Shown piece by piece: positions 9,364-18,757 of a stretch of 62,627 nucleotides of DNA. Every line of letters begins with the position of its first letter. Positions within the stretch are counted from its first letter, which is position 1. The notes below the pieces were generated by a model. It ran no database searches. It was not told the DNA's origin and saw only the letters and a list, made by a program, of their open reading frames with translations. The DNA is taken from positions 1 through 62,627 of the IMG/VR virus record IMGVR_UViG_3300025115_000633, one strand, 5' to 3'. Made by a program: the position numbers and the translations under genes. The stretch comes from a virus (Duplodnaviria; Caudoviricetes).

Positions 9364-10313
9364 TGAGTGCTTGGCGTGATAAACTTATGGTTTGTCCTTC
9401 ATGTAAGGCAGAGAGCAAACTGGAAGAAATATCTTTGAACGAAGAAGCTCAGTTTGCCTGCCCGGTATGTAAAACGGCTTATGTTATCTCCGCCCAAATG
9501 AAAAATCCAGTTCAGGGTGGTGAAGGTGGAGCGACCCCTCCTTCGCCTGAGCCGCCCAAGAACGTGCCCCCTCCTCCAGAACCAACGCCTGAGCCTGGAC
9601 CTCCCCCTGGTGAAGGCGGCGCTGTCTCCGGCACTGCTGGTGAAAGCATTGAGCTTTGTAGGCAGTGGGCACGTAATACGAAAAACCAGACCCCTGCCAA
9701 CCTGAATCGAGCCACCCTTTTTCACCCTGTGGTGGTTGAGGAATGGAAAAAGATTGGTTTGGCGGTCAACGAGGGGGCTGTGGTTCTTATATGCCCAGAA
9801 TGCAAAACTGATTGGCCGTCTGCGAAAATGGAATCCTGCCCCAAGTGTGGGTCGGCAAAATCGGAGGTGTCTGAAGAGACCGTCCGTGAACGTACTGGGC
9901 GGCTGATGGCCATGCTCGTTAATGATGGGCAATCGACTGAGGGTATGGTTGATATGCTTTTAGGAGAGAAGAAAGACAAGAAAGATAAGGAAGATAAAAA
10001 AAACAAGAAGGGGAAATTGTTCGCCAAGAAACAATGTAAAGGGCGTCGTTGTGAGAGTCTAAATGAATCTTTGCCCGACGACGAAGCTTTGGCGTTTATT
10101 GCTGATGGTCTGTTGGAATATATACGAGAGTGCAAAGAAAATTCTAGTTCTATCGCCAACTGGACAGATTTTGCCAGTCAGTCAGGTCTCCAGTCCTCTA
10201 TCGCCAAGACAGCCTTATCTTATGCTTTGACGAGGTTAGAGAATTACTTTCATAACCTGAGTGGATTTGGGGAGAGGAAAGGACGTGAAACACTTGGTTG
10301 GGGCGAGGATTGA
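9360..10313 (+). CDS. zinc-ribbon protein with Pro-rich and Lys-rich segments
   Basis: CPSC/CPVC and CPEC/CPKC pairs; PPSPEPP linker; KKDKKDK tract. Confidence 0.75.
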   Translation: MMSAWRDKLMVCPSCKAESKLEEISLNEEAQFACPVCKTAYVISAQMKNPVQGGEGGATPPSPEPPKNVPPPPEPTPEPGPPPGEGGAVSGTAGESIELCRQWARNTKNQTPANLNRATLFHPVVVEEWKKIGLAVNEGAVVLICPECKTDWPSAKMESCPKCGSAKSEVSEETVRERTGRLMAMLVNDGQSTEGMVDMLLGEKKDKKDKEDKKNKKGKLFAKKQCKGRRCESLNESLPDDEALAFIADGLLEYIRECKENSSSIANWTDFASQSGLQSSIAKTALSYALTRLENYFHNLSGFGERKGRETLGWGED

Positions 10314-10348
10314 TGATACATATTCAGGTTGACGATATTAGGAGTTAA

Positions 10349-10747
10349 GTGATGGCAAATAGACCTACGGTTCGTGCTCACGATCGTTTCAACGCCGTTT
10401 GTAATCTGTGGCTGGCGTGGGACATTTACCCGGTGCACCCCGCTGGAATGTGTCTGGCTTTCAAGAACGAGAGCGATGCTCTGGCGACCATATCGATTGA
10501 GGAGTCGGAAGACGGTGTGGCATGGAATCCAGTGCTTTTCAGCACCCCAGTGGTTGCTGGACTTCCTAGTCTTGACCTCGTTCCTCTGGCTAATGCAATG
10601 GTGCTATTCGTTACCAGAATGAGATATGTACGGATTGTTGCCACGCCTGACCCTAACGCTAATGTCGATAAGGTAGCCGAAGGTTTATGGATGTGGAGTT
10701 TTGAATACCCGCCGATCAATGCTCAGACGGCGGCTGAAGAGTATTAA
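10349..10747 (+). CDS. hypothetical protein, possible virion beta-sandwich protein
   Basis: AGGAG SD; IEESEDGVAW...RYVRIV pattern. Confidence 0.65.
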   Translation: MMANRPTVRAHDRFNAVCNLWLAWDIYPVHPAGMCLAFKNESDALATISIEESEDGVAWNPVLFSTPVVAGLPSLDLVPLANAMVLFVTRMRYVRIVATPDPNANVDKVAEGLWMWSFEYPPINAQTAAEEY

Positions 10748-10763
10748 TATAAGGAGGAAACCA

Positions 10764-11234
10764 ATGCCAGGTTCGTGCGGTCCAATTGCCTCAGCCGTTA
10801 AGAAGGGTCATCGTCATATGTCTCTAGGCAAGGCGAAAAAACTGTTTCATGATGTGCAGAAAAAGGAAACCCCGAAACTGGGCAAGGAACGTGCCGGAGG
10901 GGCGGCTATGTCGGCTGTTCAGAAAGCCACTGGAGCAAAGAAGGAAGACCTTGCTCTTATGGGTATTCCAGCCCGTTTCCTGCTGAATGAGTCGTATGCC
11001 AAGCCTATTATGGAGATGGACGACTTTTCAAAAGGGCTTTGTTCAATGATGCTCTATGAGCTTTACCAGAACCCGGAATGGGAACTGCCAACAGAAGAGG
11101 ACATCAGTTCCCTGTGCGAATCGGCCACATCGTCAGAATTTGTCGAGATGGCGAAGAAATTGTTCCCCAATGTTCCAGAGAGGTATCAGCAATATTTAGC
11201 AAGTATTTTAGCGGCAGGGTCGAAGCGAGGTTAA
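10764..11234 (+). CDS. hypothetical protein (basic N-terminus)
   Basis: AAGGAGG SD before ATG 10764. Confidence 0.7.
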   Translation: MPGSCGPIASAVKKGHRHMSLGKAKKLFHDVQKKETPKLGKERAGGAAMSAVQKATGAKKEDLALMGIPARFLLNESYAKPIMEMDDFSKGLCSMMLYELYQNPEWELPTEEDISSLCESATSSEFVEMAKKLFPNVPERYQQYLASILAAGSKRG

Positions 11235-11235
11235 T

Positions 11236-11538
11236 TTGACGACCAAGAAAAAATTCCCCCTTCCCGTTAATTACGGGGTGGTGTATATCGAAAGGATGAT
11301 AAAGTCACCCTTTTTCACCCTGTATTTGCCTGGCGGAGATAGTTATGACCTGTCGAGTGAGGACATGGAAAAATGGCTCTTGTCCTCTGGTGTTGAGGAC
11401 GTAGCACATGTTTTGTCATATATTTGGAATTTTCATACGGTGCTGCTGAATGTTGAAGAACAGATTCCAATGTGGGTCAGTTCAGAAGATCTCCATTCTG
11501 TGGTTGGTAATAGACCTTCATTTGTTGCGATCTTGTAG
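11236..11538 (+). CDS. hypothetical protein
   Basis: Tightly packed ORF between neighbours. Confidence 0.65.
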   Translation: MTTKKKFPLPVNYGVVYIERMIKSPFFTLYLPGGDSYDLSSEDMEKWLLSSGVEDVAHVLSYIWNFHTVLLNVEEQIPMWVSSEDLHSVVGNRPSFVAIL

Positions 11539-11541
11539 GAG

Positions 11542-13347
11542 TTGGAGATGTTACTCACAGAAAACAAAAAACCTCTGGTTTCGAGGCCTGTAATAACTGA
11601 AGCCAAAACAGATGGTCCGTATAAGCAGTATGCCGGGCGGATGATTGTTCGTCAGGTCTGCCAACGGGAAGATGTGAAAAACGAAAATCATCGAAGCTAT
11701 CCCAGTCGGGTATGGGATATAAACCTGGCTGAAGATTCGGCGTTTATGAGACGCCTTAAAGCCGGCAAGGTGGTGGGAGAGCTTGAGCACCCTGAAAGTG
11801 GCAACACCCATCTAGCTCGTGTAAGCCACAAAATATTGAACGTTGAACGTATGTATCTTCCTGAAGGCAACGAATTTGGTGTGCCAGCAGGCAAATACCT
11901 GGTTGATACTTATGTTATTCTTAAAACCCCGATGGGTCAAATTGCTGAAGAGCTTCATCATTGTGGCATTTCGCCAGGGCAAAGTTCTCGTGGTCGTGGA
12001 GATGTTCGTTCTGAAGGTGATGTTGAAATAGTCCAGGATAATTATGTTCTGGATACTTTTGACCTTGTTTACCAGCCGTCCGTGGTGGAGGCAGATAGGA
12101 GTCATCGAGTGAAAACAGAAGGCGCACCAGTGGTTCCGAGTGTGTTACCAGAACCGTCTGCTCCAGGAGTTACACCCTCTCCGCCATCAGGCGAAGCTCC
12201 TCCTCCCTCTCCCCTACCTACTGATGCCGATATGCCCCAAGACATGCCGGAAACCCAAGCGCCTCCTACGATGTCCAGGGAAGAGGTGGAAGCTCTTGTT
12301 CGGCGGCTCAGAGAGATGGTCATCTCGAAAACCGCGTCGGATGATATGGTCATAACTCATGAGACGGCAATGAGCTATATCGAGAAAACTTCCGATGATG
12401 CGGGACCTGAGACCATTAAATTCAGGTCTGAGCTTGCAATGCTTTGCAGCATGCTGGTGTCAGCTTTTGCCGAGGTTTTTGGACCTAACAAGATTAAACC
12501 AAGCAAGCATAAGAAGGGGGACGGCGAGGCGAAAGAGGAAGAAGAGGAAACGGAGGCATCTGAATCATCGGAGGACGAGAAAAAGACTGAGGCAAAGATG
12601 GTGGAGGCAGACATGAGTGCTGTCGCCAATCAGGTGAAGGAAGCTAACAAAGATAATGTGGCTAAGGCGTACTATGCGGGCGACCTGCGGGATTTGCTCC
12701 GTAAGACAGGGCACGACGAGACGCCAGAAAATATAGCGGCTCTTGAATCTGAGATGTCAAAGATTGGGTTGAACGTTCAGCGAAAAGAATCGCCTGGTTT
12801 CAAAAAGGAGGATAAATCCATGACTCAGGCAACAGCAGTGGACATTGTGAACAAGTTGACAGAGGAGAACGCCCAGATCCGCAAGGAGTTAGCGGCGTTT
12901 AAGCAGGGCAAGGTTGGTGACTCGAAGCTTAAAGTGCGGTACGAAGCACTCGTCAAGATTGCTGACGAGCTTCTTAATCGCTCTGAAAGCCTGACCAAAG
13001 AGAACGCCAATCTGAAGGTTCGTTACAACGCAGCCGTCCGGCTCGTTGAAGGTGTGGCTTCACGGTTCAAGAAATTGAGCGTTGTCACACATGTTGAAAG
13101 CAAATATGCGGACCTGCCCGCAGTGGCGAAAGCTGTTCTTACGGAATGTAAGAGCACAACTGAAGTTGACAAGAAGGCGAAGGTCTTTAAGTCGGTTTCT
13201 GAAACCAAGCACCAGGTCGACCCGACCGCCCCTCCCATCACAGAATCGTCTGCAAAGCGGGCAGTGACGGACGGCAAAGCGACACCCAAGAAGGGACTCG
13301 GCTCCCTGATGGAGCGTGTTGCTGAACGGACTGGTGAAGTTAAATAA
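11542..13347 (+). CDS. prohead protease (T4 gp21-like) fused to coiled-coil scaffold-like domain
   Basis: KNENHRSYP, GELEHP, VSH, ILKTPMG, SSRGRG, TFDLVYQPS gp21 motifs; then Pro-rich linker and charged helical C-terminus; directly upstream of the capsid gene. Confidence 0.88.
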   Translation: MEMLLTENKKPLVSRPVITEAKTDGPYKQYAGRMIVRQVCQREDVKNENHRSYPSRVWDINLAEDSAFMRRLKAGKVVGELEHPESGNTHLARVSHKILNVERMYLPEGNEFGVPAGKYLVDTYVILKTPMGQIAEELHHCGISPGQSSRGRGDVRSEGDVEIVQDNYVLDTFDLVYQPSVVEADRSHRVKTEGAPVVPSVLPEPSAPGVTPSPPSGEAPPPSPLPTDADMPQDMPETQAPPTMSREEVEALVRRLREMVISKTASDDMVITHETAMSYIEKTSDDAGPETIKFRSELAMLCSMLVSAFAEVFGPNKIKPSKHKKGDGEAKEEEEETEASESSEDEKKTEAKMVEADMSAVANQVKEANKDNVAKAYYAGDLRDLLRKTGHDETPENIAALESEMSKIGLNVQRKESPGFKKEDKSMTQATAVDIVNKLTEENAQIRKELAAFKQGKVGDSKLKVRYEALVKIADELLNRSESLTKENANLKVRYNAAVRLVEGVASRFKKLSVVTHVESKYADLPAVAKAVLTECKSTTEVDKKAKVFKSVSETKHQVDPTAPPITESSAKRAVTDGKATPKKGLGSLMERVAERTGEVK

Positions 13348-13383
13348 GGTTGTTGTCAGTAACTTTTTGCAAGGAGTTTAACA

Positions 13384-14829
13384 ATGGCAGATACTATGAT
13401 GCTGGAAGCTATGGCTTCCAAAGGCTCACTCCTCGCAGAGAAATGGTCGAAGCTTCCGGGCGCGAACATTCGTGGCTACGGCGATTATAAGCAAGTAGAC
13501 TTTCTGCGTGGAATCCAGAACGAGAGCAAACGTGCGATGATGGCACAGCTCTACGAGAACACCCTCAACTGGCTGAACGGACTTGATGAGTCCACCCGTA
13601 CCCTCCAGGTCGGCAGCTTTGAGAAGCTCGTTTTCCCCATCATCCGGGCGTTCCTGGCAAACCTGGTCGCCTCGGAACTCGTCACCGTCTACCCGATGGA
13701 TGCCCCGACCGGGCTGATTTTCTACTTTGAGGCTGTGTATGGCACCTCGAAGGGGAACGTCGCCCGTGGCTCAAAGGTGTATGACGCACGTTCCGGTCCT
13801 GCGGCGGACTACAATTATTCTTCGGAAATAATTCAGTCCGAGCAGATCAGTGTCGGTGATGGTAGTACCACGAACTTCCAGGGCAACCTGGCGTTCTTGC
13901 CTGCCCGTGCTGGCACAGTCCGTTTCCGTGATGGTGAAATTGGAGATGGTGGTACTCAGCTTGTGGCTGATGACTCGAACGGCAATCTCGTAGGTAACAT
14001 CGGTGCGGGCACGAACACGATTATCTACCCGACTGGTGGCTACAATTTCGATTTTGCTGCACCTCCGGATAACGGTGCACCTATTTACGTGGATTATGAG
14101 TATAACATGGAAGCAAACTCCAATCTTCCGGAGCTTGATATCCAGCTCACATCCGCACCGGTAACCGTCCGCCCGAACAAGCTTCGTGCACGTTACAGTG
14201 CTGAAGCTGCTCAGGACTTCAAGGCGTATCACGGCATCTCCGCAGAGGAAGAAATCGTGATGTTCATGGCGAACCTGATTGCGAAGGAACTGAACTATCG
14301 CATCATCCGCCATCTCGCCCAAGTCGCATCCGCTGGTAATCTGACGTGGGATCGTACCCCGGCGGCAGGTGTACCGTGGATTTGGCACAAAGAAAGTCTC
14401 TTTGACGCTCTCATCCAGGGATCGAACCTCGTGTTCTCGGCAACGCAACGTGTCCGTCCCAACTGGCTCGTCTGCGGTCTGGGTGCTGCGAATGTTATTG
14501 AGACCTTGTCCAAGTTTGAGCGTCGTGCGGAAACCCCGAAGGAAGGTGCAGGTCCTCAGATTATTGGCCGTATCGGTCAGTACGACCCCGTCATTGCAGA
14601 CCCGACATACCCGTCCAATCAGGGTATTATCGGCTATAAGGGCGGCTCGTTCCTTGATACTGGCTATGTCTGGGCTCCGTATCTCCCGCTTTATACGACT
14701 CCGACTATCACCCTTGACGATATGCTTTCTCGTAAAGGGATGATGCAGAGAAGTGCAACGAAGGTGGTGAACAGTCGTATGTACGCCACATTCGATATCA
14801 CCCAGAGCGGTGGTCCTTTCGAGCCTTAA
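13384..14829 (+). CDS. major capsid protein, T4 gp23-like
   Basis: PMDAPTGLIFY, NKLRARYSAEAAQDFKAYHG, IGYKG...GYVWAPYLPL. Confidence 0.96.
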   Translation: MADTMMLEAMASKGSLLAEKWSKLPGANIRGYGDYKQVDFLRGIQNESKRAMMAQLYENTLNWLNGLDESTRTLQVGSFEKLVFPIIRAFLANLVASELVTVYPMDAPTGLIFYFEAVYGTSKGNVARGSKVYDARSGPAADYNYSSEIIQSEQISVGDGSTTNFQGNLAFLPARAGTVRFRDGEIGDGGTQLVADDSNGNLVGNIGAGTNTIIYPTGGYNFDFAAPPDNGAPIYVDYEYNMEANSNLPELDIQLTSAPVTVRPNKLRARYSAEAAQDFKAYHGISAEEEIVMFMANLIAKELNYRIIRHLAQVASAGNLTWDRTPAAGVPWIWHKESLFDALIQGSNLVFSATQRVRPNWLVCGLGAANVIETLSKFERRAETPKEGAGPQIIGRIGQYDPVIADPTYPSNQGIIGYKGGSFLDTGYVWAPYLPLYTTPTITLDDMLSRKGMMQRSATKVVNSRMYATFDITQSGGPFEP

Positions 14830-14842
14830 TGTTACTTTACCC

Positions 14843-14878
14843 AACCAAGGTGGAGTAAAATCCACCTTGGTTCTTATA
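14843..14878 (+). terminator. intrinsic terminator-like hairpin after capsid gene
   Basis: Perfect 12-bp stem aaccaaggtgga/tccaccttggtt, loop gtaaaa, T/A-rich tail. Confidence 0.7.
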
Positions 14879-14922
14879 TATGTTCGGGTGTACCGAACCG
14901 TCTCTGTTAGAGGGGTAAAGCT

Positions 14923-15588
14923 ATGGCGAAAGCAATACGTTATACTAATCTGAATCCGTTTCCTGTCTGTGTTCCAGGTCCTCGTGGAGTAATGACGATG
15001 TTCGCATCGAATCAGGGGACGTTTGACCCTTGGTACGGGCGATTTATCGGTCCTCGACAGCTGTCGAAAGTAGAGGTGGATGAATCGCAAGCACCTAAAA
15101 CGCCGTCTAAGGCCATTACTCCTTTTCCTCAGCCTGCCGGCACGGTGAAGAATACAGGAAGCATCCCCAAAGTCAATTATGAAAAACCTCCATTTAAGAC
15201 AGCTAACGTACCTGTCGAAGAAACTAATGCTTACATCAAGAAGAACGGTATTTATTATTGCAAGTTCTGTGATGAATTTTGCACAGGCAGTGGTGCAGTA
15301 ATGAATGCCCATGTTGCCGACAATCACCAGGTAGAGGTTGCTACTCCTCCGACCAGACATGGCTCGATGGGCGAGGCGGTACCTGCTCCTCGACCTATTG
15401 TTGAACCCTCGGCTGAGAAAGAAACTCCACCTGTTGCTGAGAACAAACCGGAAATCCAGGAAGTCATAGAGGTGACGCAGGAACTTGTGACCGATAATGA
15501 TTTCCGTTGTGAGGTTTGCGGTAAATCCTTCAAGTCCTCTACGGGGCTTGGAGTGCACAAAGCAAAAAAACATCCAGCGAAGGCATAG
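14923..15588 (+). CDS. protein with two C2H2-type zinc fingers
   Basis: CKFC...H...H and FRCEVCGKSFKSSTGLGVHKAKKH. Confidence 0.75.
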   Translation: MAKAIRYTNLNPFPVCVPGPRGVMTMFASNQGTFDPWYGRFIGPRQLSKVEVDESQAPKTPSKAITPFPQPAGTVKNTGSIPKVNYEKPPFKTANVPVEETNAYIKKNGIYYCKFCDEFCTGSGAVMNAHVADNHQVEVATPPTRHGSMGEAVPAPRPIVEPSAEKETPPVAENKPEIQEVIEVTQELVTDNDFRCEVCGKSFKSSTGLGVHKAKKHPAKA

Positions 15589-15619
15589 GTTGACCTTCGC
15601 TTAGTGGAGGATCAATCAG

Positions 15620-16336
15620 TTGCCTGACCTTACCCGAGACAATCTCTGGCAATATGTAAGAATTAAGTTGGGGGGCAGCTATCACCCTATCGAGATAGGG
15701 CTGCCTGAACTTGATGTCGCCATCCAGGATTCTCTCGACTTGTTCAATCATTATGTTGGCGAGTTTGAATTCAGGGTGGAGAAGAATATCTCCACAGGCA
15801 CTTTTATCGACCTGTCTACAGTAGAGGGGTTAAAAGGGGTAGTGTCGGTAAGGATGGCCTTCCCTGAACAGGACTCAGTTTATACGCAGATGAACATTTT
15901 CGAGTTGATGTACCGTATGGTGTTTCCACGAATGCCAGTAGGCGAGTGGTATCAACTCAGGATGTTCTACGAGATGTATCAGAAGGTGCGTGGAACTGAC
16001 CCTGACTGGCGGTATGACCCAGCAGCCAAAAGGTTATGGGTTGATTGCCATAGTGGTCCGTATGACGTGGCTATGGTGTTGTCGAAGGAATTGACGCTTG
16101 AGGGATTGAACAAAAGTCGGCCAATGTATAAAGACCTTTTCAAATCAGCTGCACTCGCTTTCTGTAAGCAGATGCTTGCGAGGGTGAGGGGCAAGTGGGG
16201 GGATACAATCCCTGCTCCGCCTGGCACTATGTCGACTGACGCAGCGGCTTTGAGGGACGAGGCTGGCAAGGAGATAGAGGCTGTGCGGCTGGCTGTACAA
16301 GGCACATCAGATGCTCAGGTTGCTATATTTGGATAA
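15620..16336 (+). CDS. neck/head-completion protein, T4 gp13-like
   Basis: YVRIKLG...IEI...LDVAIQD start; ALAFCKQMLARVRGKW C-terminal motif; position after capsid gene. Confidence 0.8.
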   Translation: MPDLTRDNLWQYVRIKLGGSYHPIEIGLPELDVAIQDSLDLFNHYVGEFEFRVEKNISTGTFIDLSTVEGLKGVVSVRMAFPEQDSVYTQMNIFELMYRMVFPRMPVGEWYQLRMFYEMYQKVRGTDPDWRYDPAAKRLWVDCHSGPYDVAMVLSKELTLEGLNKSRPMYKDLFKSAALAFCKQMLARVRGKWGDTIPAPPGTMSTDAAALRDEAGKEIEAVRLAVQGTSDAQVAIFG

Positions 16337-16341
16337 AGACT

Positions 16342-17793
16342 ATGCTCCCAGATTTTGATAAATGGATGGATTCTAAATCGTGGGGCGAAGGCGAGAGGTT
16401 GGATTTTCTTAGCTTTTGCCACCATAAGAGTATTGATATACGCAACTACGTCCTTGAAAACAGGGAAAGGGTGTACAAGAAGTGGCAGAATAGCGGATAT
16501 AAGGGTCGTTGGTTTGATATTCGGCATTCTAAGCAGAGGCGGGAAGTAGGTCCAGGCAAATTTTACGGGCGAAAATTTCGTGGTGATTCTCCCTATCCTA
16601 TAGGCGGGCACAAGTGGAGGTGGGAAGAATCTTTGCTTGACGAAAGCTTGGAGTGGGATGAGGACGATGATGACGGGGATTTGGTTGCCTGGCAGGGTGA
16701 GACATATGCCGTGATAAGGGCTACATCTTTTCTGAACCGCCGTTTTGGTAAATCTCTCGAACAACTTAATGCTGAGCTTGAGAAAAGTGGAAAGACGTTT
16801 CGGTGGCAGAAAGATTCTCCGAAGTACATTTTGTATATTAGTGCACCTAGTAGAGACGAACATGACCCTATTGCCCTCCAAGAATTTGATACGTTGGAGC
16901 AGGCGAAGGTTTATGCTGAGAAGATAATGAACCCTTTTATTCGGAGAGCCAGGAGGGAAGATTTCCCTACACAACAACAGATAATGGAGTTTTTGTCAAA
17001 ATATTTCCCTAAAGAGACTCCTGAGCAAAGGCTGTTCAATGACAGGTATGGGCTTCAAAATGCTGATCCGTCTGCTGTTGTTAAACGCATTTTGATATGT
17101 ACTACCCCTTCTTCAGGTGTTGTAAGGGATTTTACGGCCGGGGGGTACGACCTTTTGATTTCGCATCACGACATGCCTGCCGGTGTGCCCCAGATAATTA
17201 TGCACAGCACTATGGATTTCGGGGATAAAGGGCATAACGCTTATTTTGCCCAACGTATCGGGTTGAGAGATTTTCATCGGGTGGGCGGATATTTTGCCGC
17301 CGGCACTTTGTATAAACCGATGCATATAATTGAATTCAAACATTTTTTACAGATGAGAGGATTTCCTATAGAGGGAATGATATGGCGAAATCCCGAATCC
17401 AAAGACCAGTGGATACAGAGTGTTTTATTCTGTTCAGGAATGGGCGGCTGTTTTTTCAAAGGTCAATATTGTGCAAATAAAGAAATGGATTTGCACAACA
17501 TAGATGCTGATGTGTTTGTGACAGGGCATTTGCTTGCACATCCTAAAGAGACGCCTAATAAGTTTAAGTTTATCATCGAATTGGGGCATACGCCGAGTGA
17601 AAAACCGGTGTTCACCAAAGTGAAAATATGGTTAAAGAACAGGTGGCAGAATCTGGAAATTGATTTTGCCAAAGCTGATGTGGACAGGTTTGAGTTTGGA
17701 GACAACCTTTATAATCTAAACCCGAATGTGTCTATTCGTGATTTAGATAAAACAAATGATGTTTCTTGGGTATACAAGCATGATAGCCGCTAA
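16342..17793 (+). CDS. multidomain protein with C-terminal NIF3/YbgI (GTP cyclohydrolase I type 2-like) domain
   Basis: DLLISHH, MHSTMD...GHN, FCSGMGG, DVFVTG, ELGHTPSE metal-ligand motifs. Confidence 0.75.
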   Translation: MLPDFDKWMDSKSWGEGERLDFLSFCHHKSIDIRNYVLENRERVYKKWQNSGYKGRWFDIRHSKQRREVGPGKFYGRKFRGDSPYPIGGHKWRWEESLLDESLEWDEDDDDGDLVAWQGETYAVIRATSFLNRRFGKSLEQLNAELEKSGKTFRWQKDSPKYILYISAPSRDEHDPIALQEFDTLEQAKVYAEKIMNPFIRRARREDFPTQQQIMEFLSKYFPKETPEQRLFNDRYGLQNADPSAVVKRILICTTPSSGVVRDFTAGGYDLLISHHDMPAGVPQIIMHSTMDFGDKGHNAYFAQRIGLRDFHRVGGYFAAGTLYKPMHIIEFKHFLQMRGFPIEGMIWRNPESKDQWIQSVLFCSGMGGCFFKGQYCANKEMDLHNIDADVFVTGHLLAHPKETPNKFKFIIELGHTPSEKPVFTKVKIWLKNRWQNLEIDFAKADVDRFEFGDNLYNLNPNVSIRDLDKTNDVSWVYKHDSR

Positions 17794-18097
17794 GATAGGC
17801 GCAATACTGATTTGCCTTGCCATACTGGTAGTATGGGCGGGCAAGTGCACAAAGCGGAATAGGAAATATTTCTGCTATGTGGCTTTTTGCATGGCGGCTT
17901 TTGTGGGATTTATTGATGTTCCTCTATATGAGAAAGGTGTTGAATATACGGTCACTGCCTTTGTGCAGATGGCTGTCCCTTACCCTCTGAGCCTTCTCGT
18001 TTTGGCGTTCTGCGTATTTACGACTGGAGTTATTTTTGGTTTTAAGGCGATGACTCAGTTCCTTATGGGTTCGATAGCCGGACACTTGTTTTGGTAA
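17756..18097 (+). CDS. small membrane protein (paralog of 18110..18421)
   Basis: Several hydrophobic helices; ends IAGHLFW. Confidence 0.7.
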   Translation: MMFLGYTSMIAAKIGAILICLAILVVWAGKCTKRNRKYFCYVAFCMAAFVGFIDVPLYEKGVEYTVTAFVQMAVPYPLSLLVLAFCVFTTGVIFGFKAMTQFLMGSIAGHLFW

Positions 18098-18109
18098 CGG
18101 AGAATAACG

Positions 18110-18421
18110 ATGAGCGAAATCGGCGCATACCTAATCTGCTTATCCGTGCTTCTTATGTGGGCAAGCAAGCTCACAAAGAAGTATAGAAAGGCGGTATTGT
18201 GGACGAGCTTCGGTGTCCTGATAGTGGTAGGTGTTCTTGATATATCTCTACTCAATACAGGACAGCAGACAATCACGCAGTTCATCCAGTCCATAGTTCC
18301 GCAGTGGGTTGGATTGATAATGGTGGTGTTTTTCGTATTCACGCTTGGCTTTGTATTTGGCATACGCCAGATGTTGCCAGCATTACTCGGTGTTATTGCA
18401 GGACACCTTTTTTGGAGTTAA
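18110..18421 (+). CDS. small membrane protein
   Basis: GGAG SD; hydrophobic helices; ends IAGHLFWS. Confidence 0.72.
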   Translation: MSEIGAYLICLSVLLMWASKLTKKYRKAVLWTSFGVLIVVGVLDISLLNTGQQTITQFIQSIVPQWVGLIMVVFFVFTLGFVFGIRQMLPALLGVIAGHLFWS

Positions 18422-18424
18422 TCA

Positions 18425-18757
18425 ATGTCTGATTTAGCCATACCGATTGAATCAACGCCGGTCACGCCGCTCGTGCCGAACAAAATTATTCCGGTGCATA
18501 TCCTAGTCACGAATACGCCAATGGGCAACAAGGTATATCGCACGACGTTTCACGTTGTAGTAAAGGAAGCATACGAAGATGCTGATGGCAACATAACATT
18601 TTGCGGACGGACAGGAACGTATTTTGACCCCGATATATCACAACTCGGCGGCGGCTTTGAGCAGTATCAGTCAGTGGTCGATGATGTATTCGCAGGCGAA
18701 TTTCAGATTGTGTCGTTGCTGGTGCAAATGGGCAAGATTACTTGGAATGAGCAATAA
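18425..18757 (+). CDS. hypothetical protein
   Basis: ORF coupled (TAATG) to the next gene. Confidence 0.65.
   Translation: MSDLAIPIESTPVTPLVPNKIIPVHILVTNTPMGNKVYRTTFHVVVKEAYEDADGNITFCGRTGTYFDPDISQLGGGFEQYQSVVDDVFAGEFQIVSLLVQMGKITWNEQ

Noticed and set aside
13771-15573. 600-aa minus-strand ORF
   Set aside because: Antisense shadow of the codon-biased capsid gene and its neighbour; no motifs, and composition typical of a mirror frame
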